A stretch of DNA of 64,000 nt. It comes from Halorussus marinus. GTDB taxonomy: Archaea; Halobacteriota; Halobacteria; Halobacteriales; Haladaptataceae. The notes beneath the pieces are model-generated. The model was not told the DNA's origin and made no database searches. It saw nothing but the letters and a program-made list of their open reading frames with translations. Below are positions 9,548 to 18,944 of this stretch, one piece after another; position 1 is the first letter of the stretch, and each line of letters starts with the position of its first letter. The stretch is taken from contig NZ_SBIV01000002.1 of NCBI RefSeq assembly GCF_004765795.1, positions 496,001-560,000 of the forward strand, read 5' to 3'. Position numbers and translations under genes: made by a program.

Positions 9548-10680
9548 GCCTCGTCCCGGTCGGGCACGACGTGGAGGCCCGCCCGGCTCTTGAACACGGG
9601 GACGGTGTCGGCCTCGGCGTCCATGTACTCGGGGCGGGCGATTGTCCGGGCCTGATAGGTCTCGGGGTCGAGCACCTGCACCGCCCGGTCGTCCTCGACG
9701 GTGACGACGGTAGTCTCCTCGGCGTCCTCGATCCGTCCGAGCCGCCGGGCCTCGGGCGCATCGCCGTCCTCGAAGCCGGCCTCGTAGGGCTCGCCCGTGG
9801 TGAGTCTGATGCCTTTGAGGTTCCCACGGACGCTCCGGACCAGCACGGGCCCGCCGTCGTCGTCGGCGAGGTCGATGATCTCGCCCGGCGCGTACGGCGG
9901 GAGTCGGACCGCGTAGGTCACTCGGTAGACCTCCTCGCCGTCCTCGTCTTCGGTCACGAGCGTCTCCGAATCGGAGTAGCTCCCGCCGAACTCCTCGATC
10001 ACCTTGGCGGCGATCTTCTTGCCGATGTTGGTGGTCGAGACCTTGACGTCGAGGCCGTCGTCGGTCTCGCTCACGTCGGTCACGAAGGCGTCGCGGTCGC
10101 CGGTCGCCTCCATGTCGGCGACGATCTCCTCGGCGATGGCCTCGGCGCGTTCGACCTCCTCGGCGGTCGGCGTCCGGTCGCGCGCACGGACCTGAACCAC
10201 GCTGGCGTAGTAGTCGCCGGCGATCCGACCGCACCGCGTGCAGGTCTGGCGAGAGATCTTGACGGGCACGACGACCTCCTCCTCGACCGGCGTGTCCCGG
10301 ACGATGCCGGTGAAATAACAGTGCATCCGGATGGTGTTTTCGTCGACCTGTTCGGGTTCGACCTGCCAGGTCACGTCGCGGGCGTCGAGGTGGATCCCGA
10401 GCGACTCGCTGACCTCCTCGACCGCGATGTCGGTGTAGTCGCGAGCGCCCACGTCGACCCACCGGTTGCCGCGGTGGACCGCGCCACACCGGGCACAGAC
10501 CAGCACCTCGATGCGGTCGGGCGCGTCGACGAGGTCGAACCGGTCGAAGTAGCAGGCGTCACAGAGCGTCTGCTCTTTGCCGCGGGCGCCGGTCGCACCC
10601 GGCACCACCGGGCGCTCGGCGGGGTCGGTCTCGATGGGGTCCCCGCAGTTCGGGCAGAACCGGCGGGCGTCGGTAGTCAT
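9544..10680 (-). CDS. nmd3: NMD3 family ribosome biogenesis protein
   Basis: CPNCG, CDAC, CARCG, CTRC..IAGDYYAS.VQVR. Confidence 0.9.
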   Translation of the reverse strand: MTTDARRFCPNCGDPIETDPAERPVVPGATGARGKEQTLCDACYFDRFDLVDAPDRIEVLVCARCGAVHRGNRWVDVGARDYTDIAVEEVSESLGIHLDARDVTWQVEPEQVDENTIRMHCYFTGIVRDTPVEEEVVVPVKISRQTCTRCGRIAGDYYASVVQVRARDRTPTAEEVERAEAIAEEIVADMEATGDRDAFVTDVSETDDGLDVKVSTTNIGKKIAAKVIEEFGGSYSDSETLVTEDEDGEEVYRVTYAVRLPPYAPGEIIDLADDDGGPVLVRSVRGNLKGIRLTTGEPYEAGFEDGDAPEARRLGRIEDAEETTVVTVEDDRAVQVLDPETYQARTIARPEYMDAEADTVPVFKSRAGLHVVPDRDEA

Positions 10681-10832
10681 GGTGCGTGGTAGGGGGTTCG
10701 CGGGTTTAAGTCTGAAGAACCGCGATCCCGGCGCCGACGAGGACGCGGCGCCCGCGAGCGGATCGAACGGTCACGCCGGGAGTTCGGTCGCCGGAGCGAA
10801 AACGCCGGCGGCCGAGCGACCGATCGGCCGGG

Positions 10833-12149
10833 CTACCCGAACACTTCGCCGATCGCGTCGTCGAGCACGTCGACGGCCCGCTCGATCTCGGCCTCGCCGA
10901 TGCACAGCGGCGGCGAGAGGATGAGTTGGATCTCGGGGCGGCCGCCGCCGACCAGCACGCCGCGGTCGGAGGCGATCTCGCGGACCTCGGCGACGGGGTT
11001 GTCGCCGTCGTCGCCGGCCCACGGATCGACGAAGGGCTCGCCCGTCTCGGGGTCGGCGAACTCGATCCCCCAGAGGAACCCCCGGCCGTGGACGTCGGCG
11101 ACCGCGTCGTGGGCTTCGAGCCCGCGGAGCCCCTCTTCGAGGGTCGGCGCGAGCGCCCGGCAGTTGTCGACGAGCCCGTCCTCGTACTCGTCTATCGCGG
11201 CGAGGCCCGCGGCGCAGGCGACCGGGTGGCCGCCGAAGGTCTGGCCCACGTCGATGCCGTCGGACCGGAGCTCGTCGGCGACGGCGTCGTTCACGAGCAC
11301 GCCCGCCAGCGGCGCGTACGCGCTCGTGACGCCCTTGGCGAACGTGATCATGTCCGGGGTCACGTCCTCGGTGCCGATGCCGAACCAGTCGCCGCACCGA
11401 CCGAACCCCGCGATCACCTCGTCGGAGATGAGCAGGATGTCGTACTCGTCACAGAGCTCCCGGACGCGCTCGAAGTAGCCCGGCGGCGCGGGGTAGGCCC
11501 CGCTGGTGCCGCCGACGGGCTCGGTGAGGATGGCCGCGATGGAGTCGGGCCCCTCGTTGCGGATGACGAATTCGAGGTGGTCGGCCGCCTGCTCTGCGAG
11601 CTCCTCGGGCGTCTCGGCGTCGAACGCCTTCGGGAGCGGCGGGAGGAACTTCCCGGACCCGGAGGTGGCGGCGTGGCGTTCGAGCGTCGCGCGCGTCCCG
11701 GGGTCGCCGGTCAGCGAGCCCGCGCCGTAGGTGCCGCCGTGGTACGACCGCCACCGGGTGAGCACCTTGTGGGCGTCCTGGTGGTCGCGGGCGAACTTGA
11801 CCGCCGACTCGTTGGCCTCGCTACCCGACACCGCGAAGTACACGTCCGAGAGGCCGTCGGGCGCGATCTCGGTCAGCCGCGACGACAGCTCCGACCGGGC
11901 GTCGTTGTGCTTCGAGGAGGAGACGTACGGGATCCGCTGGGCCTGCTCGGTCATCGCGTCGACGATCGCGTCGTTGCTGTGGCCGGCGTTGACGCAGTAG
12001 AGCTGCGAGATGAAATCGAGGTACTCGCGGTCCTCCTCGTCGTAGACGTACGCGCCGTCGCCGCGAGTGATCGTCGGGACCGTCCCGTCACCGTCCGACC
12101 AGTGAGCGAGCGGATCGTCGAACTCGTGGGTCTGCATACCGTGACTCAT
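10833..12149 (-). CDS. class III PLP-dependent aminotransferase
   Basis: YLDF.SQL, SGSEANE, SYHG, DEVIAGFGR, FAKG; start 12149 or 12137. Confidence 0.9.
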   Translation of the reverse strand: MSHGMQTHEFDDPLAHWSDGDGTVPTITRGDGAYVYDEEDREYLDFISQLYCVNAGHSNDAIVDAMTEQAQRIPYVSSSKHNDARSELSSRLTEIAPDGLSDVYFAVSGSEANESAVKFARDHQDAHKVLTRWRSYHGGTYGAGSLTGDPGTRATLERHAATSGSGKFLPPLPKAFDAETPEELAEQAADHLEFVIRNEGPDSIAAILTEPVGGTSGAYPAPPGYFERVRELCDEYDILLISDEVIAGFGRCGDWFGIGTEDVTPDMITFAKGVTSAYAPLAGVLVNDAVADELRSDGIDVGQTFGGHPVACAAGLAAIDEYEDGLVDNCRALAPTLEEGLRGLEAHDAVADVHGRGFLWGIEFADPETGEPFVDPWAGDDGDNPVAEVREIASDRGVLVGGGRPEIQLILSPPLCIGEAEIERAVDVLDDAIGEVFG

Positions 12150-12213
12150 ACTCGCGCATGAACGCCCGGCGATATAAAGACACGCCACCGGACAGGCCGT
12201 GCTGGCAGTTCGG

Positions 12214-12948
12214 TCACGCGACCGCGCTCAGATCCGACGCGAGCGCGACGTACGCCAGCCCGAAGAGCAACGCGTCGTAGAAGCCGTGGACCAGAACCGG
12301 GACGAGGAGGTTCCCCGTCCAGACGTAGAGGTAGCCGAGAAGCATCGACAGCCCGAACAGGATAGTGAGCGTGACGCTCACCGCGGCGAGGTCCGGCGTC
12401 GCGACGAACGTCGTCGGAACGTGGACGAGCGCGAACAGCACGCTGGCGAGCGCGACAGCACCGAACATCGACAGCTCCTCGGAGAGATAGCGCTGTACCA
12501 CCCCGCGAAAGAGCAGTTCTTCGGCCGGACCGACCACGACGACCGACAGCGGCACCAGCGCGAGCAGCGTCTCCAACAGCCCCTCCTCGGCGAGCTGGGT
12601 GACCGAGTTGCCGGCGAGCGGGAGCCCGAGCGCCTGCGCGGCGAGGATCGCCGCCAGTCGAAAGACGAACAGCCCGACGGTCCCGGCGACGACGAGTCCG
12701 ATCGCGCGACGGTTCAGCCGACCGACGTCGAGGTAGCCGAGCCCGCGACCCGTCGCGTAGAGGAAGGCGAGGGCGGCCGCCACGAACCCCAGTTCCGAGA
12801 GCACGAGCGCGGCGACGAACTGCGTCAGCGCGTCGAGCGAGACCACGAAGACCGGGATCGACAGCAAGACGCTGAACGCGATCCCGAGCGCCGACAGGCC
12901 GGTCGCGGCGACGACGCGTCGTACCGGCCCCGCCGTACGGAGAGACAT
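12214..12948 (-). CDS. CPBP/Abi (CAAX-type) intramembrane glutamic endopeptidase
   Basis: EELLFRG, FALVH, HGFYD motifs; multiple TM helices. Confidence 0.88.
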   Translation of the reverse strand: MSLRTAGPVRRVVAATGLSALGIAFSVLLSIPVFVVSLDALTQFVAALVLSELGFVAAALAFLYATGRGLGYLDVGRLNRRAIGLVVAGTVGLFVFRLAAILAAQALGLPLAGNSVTQLAEEGLLETLLALVPLSVVVVGPAEELLFRGVVQRYLSEELSMFGAVALASVLFALVHVPTTFVATPDLAAVSVTLTILFGLSMLLGYLYVWTGNLLVPVLVHGFYDALLFGLAYVALASDLSAVA

Positions 12949-13072
12949 TACGAGCGAGTGACATCGCGTGCGGGTAAATACGTTCGGTGGGGCCCCTGCG
13001 GAACCGAAAACCCCGCGCGGCGACGCAGGCGAGCGAAGAACGTTTAAACAGGGTGAACTCCTATGGGCGCGT

Positions 13073-13948
13073 ATGGAATGGAAAGCAGACTGGGGACTTC
13101 GGGGGCGCATGGCGCTCACGATGTTCCTGCTGTTCGCACTGTACGCCGTCTTCATCGGCGTACTGAGCACGCAGTTCACGAGCATGTTGATCCCGGTTCT
13201 CTTGCTGGGGAGCTTCTCGCTCGCCCAGTTCTTCTTCAGCGACAGGCTCACGCTGTGGAGCATGGGCGCAAAGGAGGTCGACGAGAGCGAGTACCCCGAG
13301 CTTCACCGGATGGTCGGGCGGCTCTCCCAGCAGGCCGACCTCCCGAAACCGAAGGTCGCGGTCGTCGACAGCCGCGTCCCGAACGCGTTCGCCACCGGGC
13401 GCTCGCAGGACAACGCCGCGGTCGCGGTCACCACCGGGCTGATGAAGACCCTCGACCAAGAGGAGTTAGAGGCCGTGTTGGCCCACGAGCTCGCCCACGT
13501 CAAGAACCGCGACATGATGGTGATGACCATCGCGTCGTTCCTCTCGACCATCGCGTTTCTCGTGGTCCGGTGGGGCTGGTGGTTCGGCGGGGGCGGCGAC
13601 AGCCGGAATCAGGCGCCGGTGTGGGTCGCCATCGCGGCGTCGCTCGTGGTGTGGGTCGTGAGCTTCTTCCTCATCCGGGCGCTCTCGCGGTACCGCGAGT
13701 TCGCGGCCGATCGGGGGGCCGCGACCATCACCGGCAAGCCCGCCGCGCTCGCGTCGGCGCTGATGACCATCGACGGCAACATGGGCAACGTGCCCGAAGA
13801 CGACCTGCGCGAGCAGTCGGAGATGAACGCGTTCTTCATCATTCCGATCAAGAGCGGGCTCATCAGTAAGCTGTTCAGCACCCACCCGAGCACCGAGGCG
13901 CGGGTCGAACAGCTCCGTGACCTCGAACGCCAGGCCGAGGCGGCCTGA
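13073..13948 (+). CDS. htpX: zinc metalloprotease HtpX
   Basis: PNAFATG, HELAH, SRYREF.AD, FSTHP; TTTAAA 30 nt upstream. Confidence 0.93.
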   Translation: MEWKADWGLRGRMALTMFLLFALYAVFIGVLSTQFTSMLIPVLLLGSFSLAQFFFSDRLTLWSMGAKEVDESEYPELHRMVGRLSQQADLPKPKVAVVDSRVPNAFATGRSQDNAAVAVTTGLMKTLDQEELEAVLAHELAHVKNRDMMVMTIASFLSTIAFLVVRWGWWFGGGGDSRNQAPVWVAIAASLVVWVVSFFLIRALSRYREFAADRGAATITGKPAALASALMTIDGNMGNVPEDDLREQSEMNAFFIIPIKSGLISKLFSTHPSTEARVEQLRDLERQAEAA

Positions 13949-14027
13949 TCGCCGCGACCGTCTGCGGGACGGTGGCGGGCGGCCCTCGGAACCACTCCTT
14001 TTTGTCCGGGCGTCCGTAGGGACTCGC

Positions 14028-14633
14028 ATGGGACTGTTCGACGGACTCCGGGAAGTGCTCGGCATCCGCGCGGAGGCCGACGCGACCCGGGAGGCCGACC
14101 CCGAGGACCTGTTCGGGATGAGTACGGCCTACATCACGATGGAGGCAGAGCTGGGCTACGCGGCCATCGGTGAGGCGGCGCTGTGTTTCTCCGAGGTCGA
14201 CAACACCGACTTCCGGGACGCGATGGACGAGGTCCACGACATCCTGGAGTTCGGCGCCGAGGAGACCGGCACCGAGGCCGAGGGCCACACCGACGAGTAC
14301 GGCTACTCGTGGGTCGTCCTTCGCGACGACGACTTCGAGGACCTGGTGACCAGCCTCCACTTTGCGGCAGACACGCTCATCGAGCACGGCTACGGCTCGC
14401 GGCTGTTGGCGGCGGTGTTCGCGTTCGAACAGGACGACACCGGCGCCTACTGGGTCTACTCGTTCCGGCGCGGAGCGTACTACCCCTTCGTGCCCCAGGG
14501 GACGAGCGACCGCGACTCGGGCGCGGAGTTCAAACTGGAGAGCAACCTCGACGGCGAACTCGAAGTCGAGACCGACAAGGAGTACTGGTACCCCCTCTGG
14601 CCCGACGCGCCGGGCCGCCACCCGTGGGAGTGA
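14028..14633 (+). CDS. PspAB-like conserved protein
   Basis: LFGMSTAY, DEYGYSW, GYGSRLLAAVF, YSFRRG.YYPF, EYWYPLW; follows htpX. Confidence 0.7.
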   Translation: MGLFDGLREVLGIRAEADATREADPEDLFGMSTAYITMEAELGYAAIGEAALCFSEVDNTDFRDAMDEVHDILEFGAEETGTEAEGHTDEYGYSWVVLRDDDFEDLVTSLHFAADTLIEHGYGSRLLAAVFAFEQDDTGAYWVYSFRRGAYYPFVPQGTSDRDSGAEFKLESNLDGELEVETDKEYWYPLWPDAPGRHPWE

Positions 14634-14726
14634 TCGGCGCCGCGCGACCCGACTGAGGACTCGGTGGGACTCTTTACTTTTTAAATCCCGTGACGGGTCG
14701 ATACGAAACCGGCTCGCGTCTGCTAA

Positions 14727-14762
14727 TTTCACTTTCACTCTACTGTTAACGGGGGTTTATAT
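14727..14762 (+). promoter_or_regulatory. radA promoter with TTTCACTTTCA motif and TATA box
   Basis: TTTCACTTTCA at 14727-14737; TTTATAT at 14756-14762, 33 nt before the ATG. Confidence 0.7.
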
Positions 14763-14788
14763 GACGAGGGGCACAAGCCAGGCGTACG

Positions 14789-15823
14789 ATGGCAGCAGAC
14801 GTAGACCTCGAAGAACTGCCGGGCGTCGGTCCGGCGACCGCAGAAAAGCTCCGAGACGCAGGCTTCGACTCCTACGAGGGCCTCGCGGTAGCCAGTCCCA
14901 GCGAACTCTCCAACACCGCGGACGTTGGCGACTCGACCGCCGCCGACATCGTTCAGGCGGCACGCGAGGCCGCCGACGTCGGCGGGTTCGAGACCGGCGC
15001 GGCCGTGTTAGAGCGCCGCGAGCAGATCGGCAAGCTCAAGTGGAAGATCGATGAGGTCGACGAGCTCCTCGGCGGCGGCGTCGAGACCCAGTCGATCACC
15101 GAGGTGTACGGCGAGTTCGGCGCCGGCAAATCGCAGGTCACCCACCAGCTGGCGGTCAACGTCCAGCTCCCCCGCGAGCACGGCGGACTCGGCGGTAGCG
15201 CCATGTTCATCGACAGCGAGGACACCTTCCGGCCCGAGCGCATCGACGACATGGTCCGGGGGCTCCCCGACGAGGCGCTCCAGGCCGCGATGGACGAGCG
15301 CGAGATCGAGGGCAGTCCCGGCGACGACGAGGCGATGGACGAACTCATCGAGGACTTCCTCGACAAGATCCACGTCGCCAAGGCGTTCAACTCCAACCAC
15401 CAGATGCTGTTGGCCGAGAAAGCCCAAGAGCTCGCGAACGAAACCCAAGACGACGAGTATCCGGTCCGACTGCTCTGTGTCGACTCGCTGACGGCTCACT
15501 TCCGCGCCGAGTACGTCGGCCGGGGCGAACTCGCCGAGCGCCAGCAGAAGCTCAACAAGCACCTCCACGACCTCGACAAGGTCGGCAACCTCCACAACAC
15601 CGCGGTCGTCGTGACCAATCAGGTCGCCTCGAACCCCGACTCGTTCTTCGGCGACCCGACCCAGCCCATCGGAGGCAACATTCTGGGCCACAAGTCGACG
15701 TTCCGGATGTACCTCCGGAAGTCGAAGGGCGACAAGCGCATCGTCCGGCTCGTCGACGCGCCGAACCTCGCCGACGGCGAGGCGGTCATGCGCGTCGAGG
15801 ACGGCGGCCTGAAGCCCGAATAA
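14789..15823 (+). CDS. radA: DNA repair and recombination protein RadA
   Basis: HhH N-domain, [38 protein letters not shown]; no intein. Confidence 0.98.
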   Translation: MAADVDLEELPGVGPATAEKLRDAGFDSYEGLAVASPSELSNTADVGDSTAADIVQAAREAADVGGFETGAAVLERREQIGKLKWKIDEVDELLGGGVETQSITEVYGEFGAGKSQVTHQLAVNVQLPREHGGLGGSAMFIDSEDTFRPERIDDMVRGLPDEALQAAMDEREIEGSPGDDEAMDELIEDFLDKIHVAKAFNSNHQMLLAEKAQELANETQDDEYPVRLLCVDSLTAHFRAEYVGRGELAERQQKLNKHLHDLDKVGNLHNTAVVVTNQVASNPDSFFGDPTQPIGGNILGHKSTFRMYLRKSKGDKRIVRLVDAPNLADGEAVMRVEDGGLKPE

Positions 15824-15829
15824 GGACGA

Positions 15830-16118
15830 CGACCTTTTACAGCGGTCGCGCCGAAAGACGCTTCGCGTCTTTCGAGCCTCGGCTCGCTTCGCTCGCCGAG
15901 ACGCTCCGAGCGGCGCTCGCTTGCAAAAGCTCGATCAAAAACACCGGGAGAGCGAAGCTCTCCCGAGCCTGCATTCGCTCCGCTCACGCAGACGCGGCGC
16001 TCCTCCCGCCGTTCGCTTCGGGTCGTCACTTGGTCCGCTCGCTCACTCTGGTCGCTCGCGGTACGAAGTGATGTGGCCACCGCCACAACACCGCCACAAC
16101 ACCGCCACAACCACACTT
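15830..16118 (+). repeat. modular palindromic intergenic element, copy 2
   Basis: CGACCTTTTAC...TGCAAAAGCTCGATCAAAA, internal GCTCGCTTCGCTCGC hairpins, CCGCTCGCTC-loop-TCGCTCGCGG, (CACCGCCACAA)x3 tail. Confidence 0.85.
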
Positions 16119-16162
16119 CACGGCCCGTCCGCCTTTAGGCCGATACGGCGTACGCCGCCGGC

Positions 16163-17158
16163 ATGAAGCCACGTACCGGGTTCGCGGTCGTACTGGTCGG
16201 GGTGCTGGCGGTGCTGGCGGTGCTGATCGTCCGCCCGTTCCTGAACTACGTGCTCGGCGCGATCCTGCTCGCGTTCGTGCTCACGCCCGCCCAGCGACGG
16301 CTGGCGCCACGCGTCGGTCCGCGCGTCGCCGCGCTCGGGCTCGTGACGCTGACGGTGATCGTCGTCTTCGGCGTCGCCGGCGCACTGCTGTCGCTCGGGC
16401 TCGCCGAGGTCGGCGACGTGCCGACCGCGGTCAGCGACCTCCCGGCGTACCGGTCGGTCGAGGCCGCCGCCGAACGCACGTTGGGTATCGAACTCTCCTC
16501 GCGGTTCGATAGAGCGCTCGACAGCCTGACCGCCGGGATCGCCGACGGCGTCTCCGGCGTCGCGAGCGCCGGACTCCACGCGTTTCTCGGCGTGCTGTTG
16601 GCGCTTTTCCTGTTCTACTACCTGCTCAAGGACAGCGCGGATCTGATCCACTGGACCAAGCGCGTCACGCCGCTGCCCCGCGACGTCCAGAGCCGACTCT
16701 ACGACGAGGCCGAGGACGCGACGTGGGCGGTCCTGAAGGGCCACATCTTCGTCGCGGTGGTACAGGGCGTGGTCTCTGGCGTGGGCTTCCTCGTGGCCGG
16801 CATCCCGAACGCCGCGTTCTGGACGATCGTGATGATGGTGCTGGCGATGGTGCCGATCGTGGGCGTCTCGCCGGTGATGGGCGGCGCGACGATCTACCTC
16901 CTCGTGGAAGGACGGCCGGTCGCGGCGGTACTGCTGGTCGTCTACGGCATGAGCGCGGTCGCCATCACCGACGACTACCTGCGCGCGCTGGTCATCGACA
17001 AGGAGACGTCGCTCCACTCGGGCGTGATACTGCTTGGCGTGTTCGGCGCGGCGTACTTCCTCGGGGCGATCGGCCTGTTCGTCGGCCCGATACTGCTGGC
17101 GCTGTTCAAGGCGACCGTCGAAGTGTTCACCGACTACTACGAGCTCTCTGCGGTCTAA
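16163..17158 (+). CDS. AI-2E family transporter
   Basis: Multi-TM; FYYLLKD, VA.VQG, DDYLRA, G.FG..G.IGLFVGP. Confidence 0.88.
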   Translation: MKPRTGFAVVLVGVLAVLAVLIVRPFLNYVLGAILLAFVLTPAQRRLAPRVGPRVAALGLVTLTVIVVFGVAGALLSLGLAEVGDVPTAVSDLPAYRSVEAAAERTLGIELSSRFDRALDSLTAGIADGVSGVASAGLHAFLGVLLALFLFYYLLKDSADLIHWTKRVTPLPRDVQSRLYDEAEDATWAVLKGHIFVAVVQGVVSGVGFLVAGIPNAAFWTIVMMVLAMVPIVGVSPVMGGATIYLLVEGRPVAAVLLVVYGMSAVAITDDYLRALVIDKETSLHSGVILLGVFGAAYFLGAIGLFVGPILLALFKATVEVFTDYYELSAV

Positions 17159-17164
17159 AAGGGG

Positions 17165-17590
17165 CTACTCGTCGTCTTCGGTCGTCGTCTTGTCGAGTTC
17201 CTTCTCGCCCTCGTAGATCTCCGCGCCGTCCTGGACGACCTTCTCGGCGAGGACCGCACACTTCACCCGCATCGGGCTGATGTCGACCCCGAGCATGTCG
17301 ATGACGTCGTCGCGGTCCATCTCCCGCATCTCCGCGACGGACTTGCCGGCTAGCTCCTGAGAGAGCATGCTCGCGCTCGCCTGACTGATTGCACAGCCGT
17401 CCCCGCGGAAGGCGACGCGTTCGATCGTCTCCTCGTCGTCGTCGAGTTTCACGTCGATCGCGATCTCGTCGCCGCACATCGGGTTCTCGCCAGCGTGCGT
17501 GTAGGTCTTCTCGTCCAGTTCCCCGTAGTTTCGGGGGTTCTTGTAGTGGTCGAGAATCTGCTGGCGATACATGTCCGAGCCCATGCCCAT
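17165..17590 (-). CDS. sufU: Fe-S cluster scaffold SufU/IscU
   Basis: ILDHYKNPRN.G, NPMCGD, GCAISQASAS, RVKCA. Confidence 0.92.
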   Translation of the reverse strand: MGMGSDMYRQQILDHYKNPRNYGELDEKTYTHAGENPMCGDEIAIDVKLDDDEETIERVAFRGDGCAISQASASMLSQELAGKSVAEMREMDRDDVIDMLGVDISPMRVKCAVLAEKVVQDGAEIYEGEKELDKTTTEDDE

Positions 17591-17717
17591 TGTTGAACGC
17601 AAATAGGCGCGTGCCACCTAAAAGCCTACCGCACACCCTGTTGTCGAGGAGGCCCACAGGAGCACCTCCGTCGCGGAACAACACACAGGTGCGTGCGGTC
17701 TCCGCGACCACAGCGCG

Positions 17718-17772
17718 CCGCAACTGTACCGCGCCACACCGCAACTGTACCGCGCCGCGACCGCACCGCGAC
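17718..17772. repeat. ACCGC-rich tandem repeat
   Basis: CCGCAACTGTACCGCGCC at 17718-17735 and 17739-17756, followed by GACCGCACCGCGAC. Confidence 0.7.
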
Positions 17773-17775
17773 AGT

Positions 17776-18222
17776 TCAGGCCACGTAGCCGATGACCGAG
17801 GCGTTCAGCACGAGCAGGGTCGCGACCAGCGCGTTCGTCCGGAACGCCATCTTGAGCCGGGTCGGGAGCGAGGAGACCCCGTCCGTGCGGGCGTTTCTGG
17901 TCTCCCACCACGCCCACAGGCTCGTCAGTCCGAACACGCCGTAGAGAGTCATCATCGCGATCAGGGCGGTGCCGCGGGTCCCCTCGGGGAGGCTGTTGTC
18001 GTAGAGCACCCACAGCGCCGCGCCGCCCGACCCGCCCATCACCACGATCCCGCCGACCGCGAACCACTTCAGCGAGTCGAGCACGTCTAGGGCGAACTCG
18101 GGGGCGTCGTGTCGGTCGGCCGCCGGCACGACGAGCATCGACGTGACCAGATAGCCCCCGGCCCAGAGGACGGCCATCAGTGTGTGCGAACCCATCACCG
18201 CCGCGAGCGTCCAGTTCACCAT
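17776..18222 (-). CDS. four-TM membrane protein (CopD-like topology)
   Basis: MVNWTLAAVMGSHTLMAVLWAGG (H-x-L...W-x-GG); four hydrophobic segments. Confidence 0.6.
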   Translation of the reverse strand: MVNWTLAAVMGSHTLMAVLWAGGYLVTSMLVVPAADRHDAPEFALDVLDSLKWFAVGGIVVMGGSGGAALWVLYDNSLPEGTRGTALIAMMTLYGVFGLTSLWAWWETRNARTDGVSSLPTRLKMAFRTNALVATLLVLNASVIGYVA

Positions 18223-18275
18223 ATCGGTGTCGTCGCACCAATCCGATAAAAGACGGGCGATTTCGGGTCGAGCGA

Positions 18276-18902
18276 TCAGGCGTCGCCGGCGACCTCCCGC
18301 TCGAACCGATCGAGGAAAGCGACCACGAACGCCTGACGTTCGTCGGCGAGCGCCCGGCCGGCGTCGGTGTACATCCGATCGGGGAGCGTCAATATCTTCT
18401 TGTGGAAGTGGTTGAACTGCGTCGCTCCGGCGGCGGTGTCGTCGTCCTCCGGGGGCAGTTCGGGGTCGTGTATCGGCTGTCCGAGTTCGCCGCCGTAGGT
18501 GAAACACCGCGCGACGCCGACCGCCCCGAGCGCGTCGAGGTTGTCGGCGTCACAGAGCAGTTCGGCCTCCCGCGTGCGGGGGTCCACGTCGTTCGAGTAG
18601 CGGTGAGCGCGGATGCAGTGGGCGACGGCGTCGACGGTCTCGGAGTCGGCCCCGAGGTCCGAGAGGATGCCGGCGGCCTCGCGTGCGCCCCACTCGGCGT
18701 GGTCGTCGATCTCGCCGCGATCCTCGCGCCCGCGGCCGACGTCGTGGAGCCAGACGGCGGCGAACAGGACCGTCTCGTCGACGTCGTACTCGCCGGCCAG
18801 CGTCTCGGCCAGTCGGGCGACCCGACGGACGTGGTGCCAGTCGTGGGCGGGCGCGACGCGCTGGAAGTACGGACGAGCGCGCTCGCGGACTTCGTCTAAC
18901 AT
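18276..18902 (-). CDS. HD-domain phosphohydrolase
   Basis: AHD..HV.RV, LHDVG, DHAEWG, HR, DAD.LDALGA.G. Confidence 0.9.
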   Translation of the reverse strand: MLDEVRERARPYFQRVAPAHDWHHVRRVARLAETLAGEYDVDETVLFAAVWLHDVGRGREDRGEIDDHAEWGAREAAGILSDLGADSETVDAVAHCIRAHRYSNDVDPRTREAELLCDADNLDALGAVGVARCFTYGGELGQPIHDPELPPEDDDTAAGATQFNHFHKKILTLPDRMYTDAGRALADERQAFVVAFLDRFEREVAGDA

Positions 18903-18944
18903 GGGAGAGCGGACGGCGCCGAGAGATGAAAAAGAATCGAAACG

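Noticed and set aside
15830..16118. Possible CRISPR array from the short tandem repeats
   Set aside because: Units are 11-21 nt with no unique spacers of constant length, and no cas genes are present.
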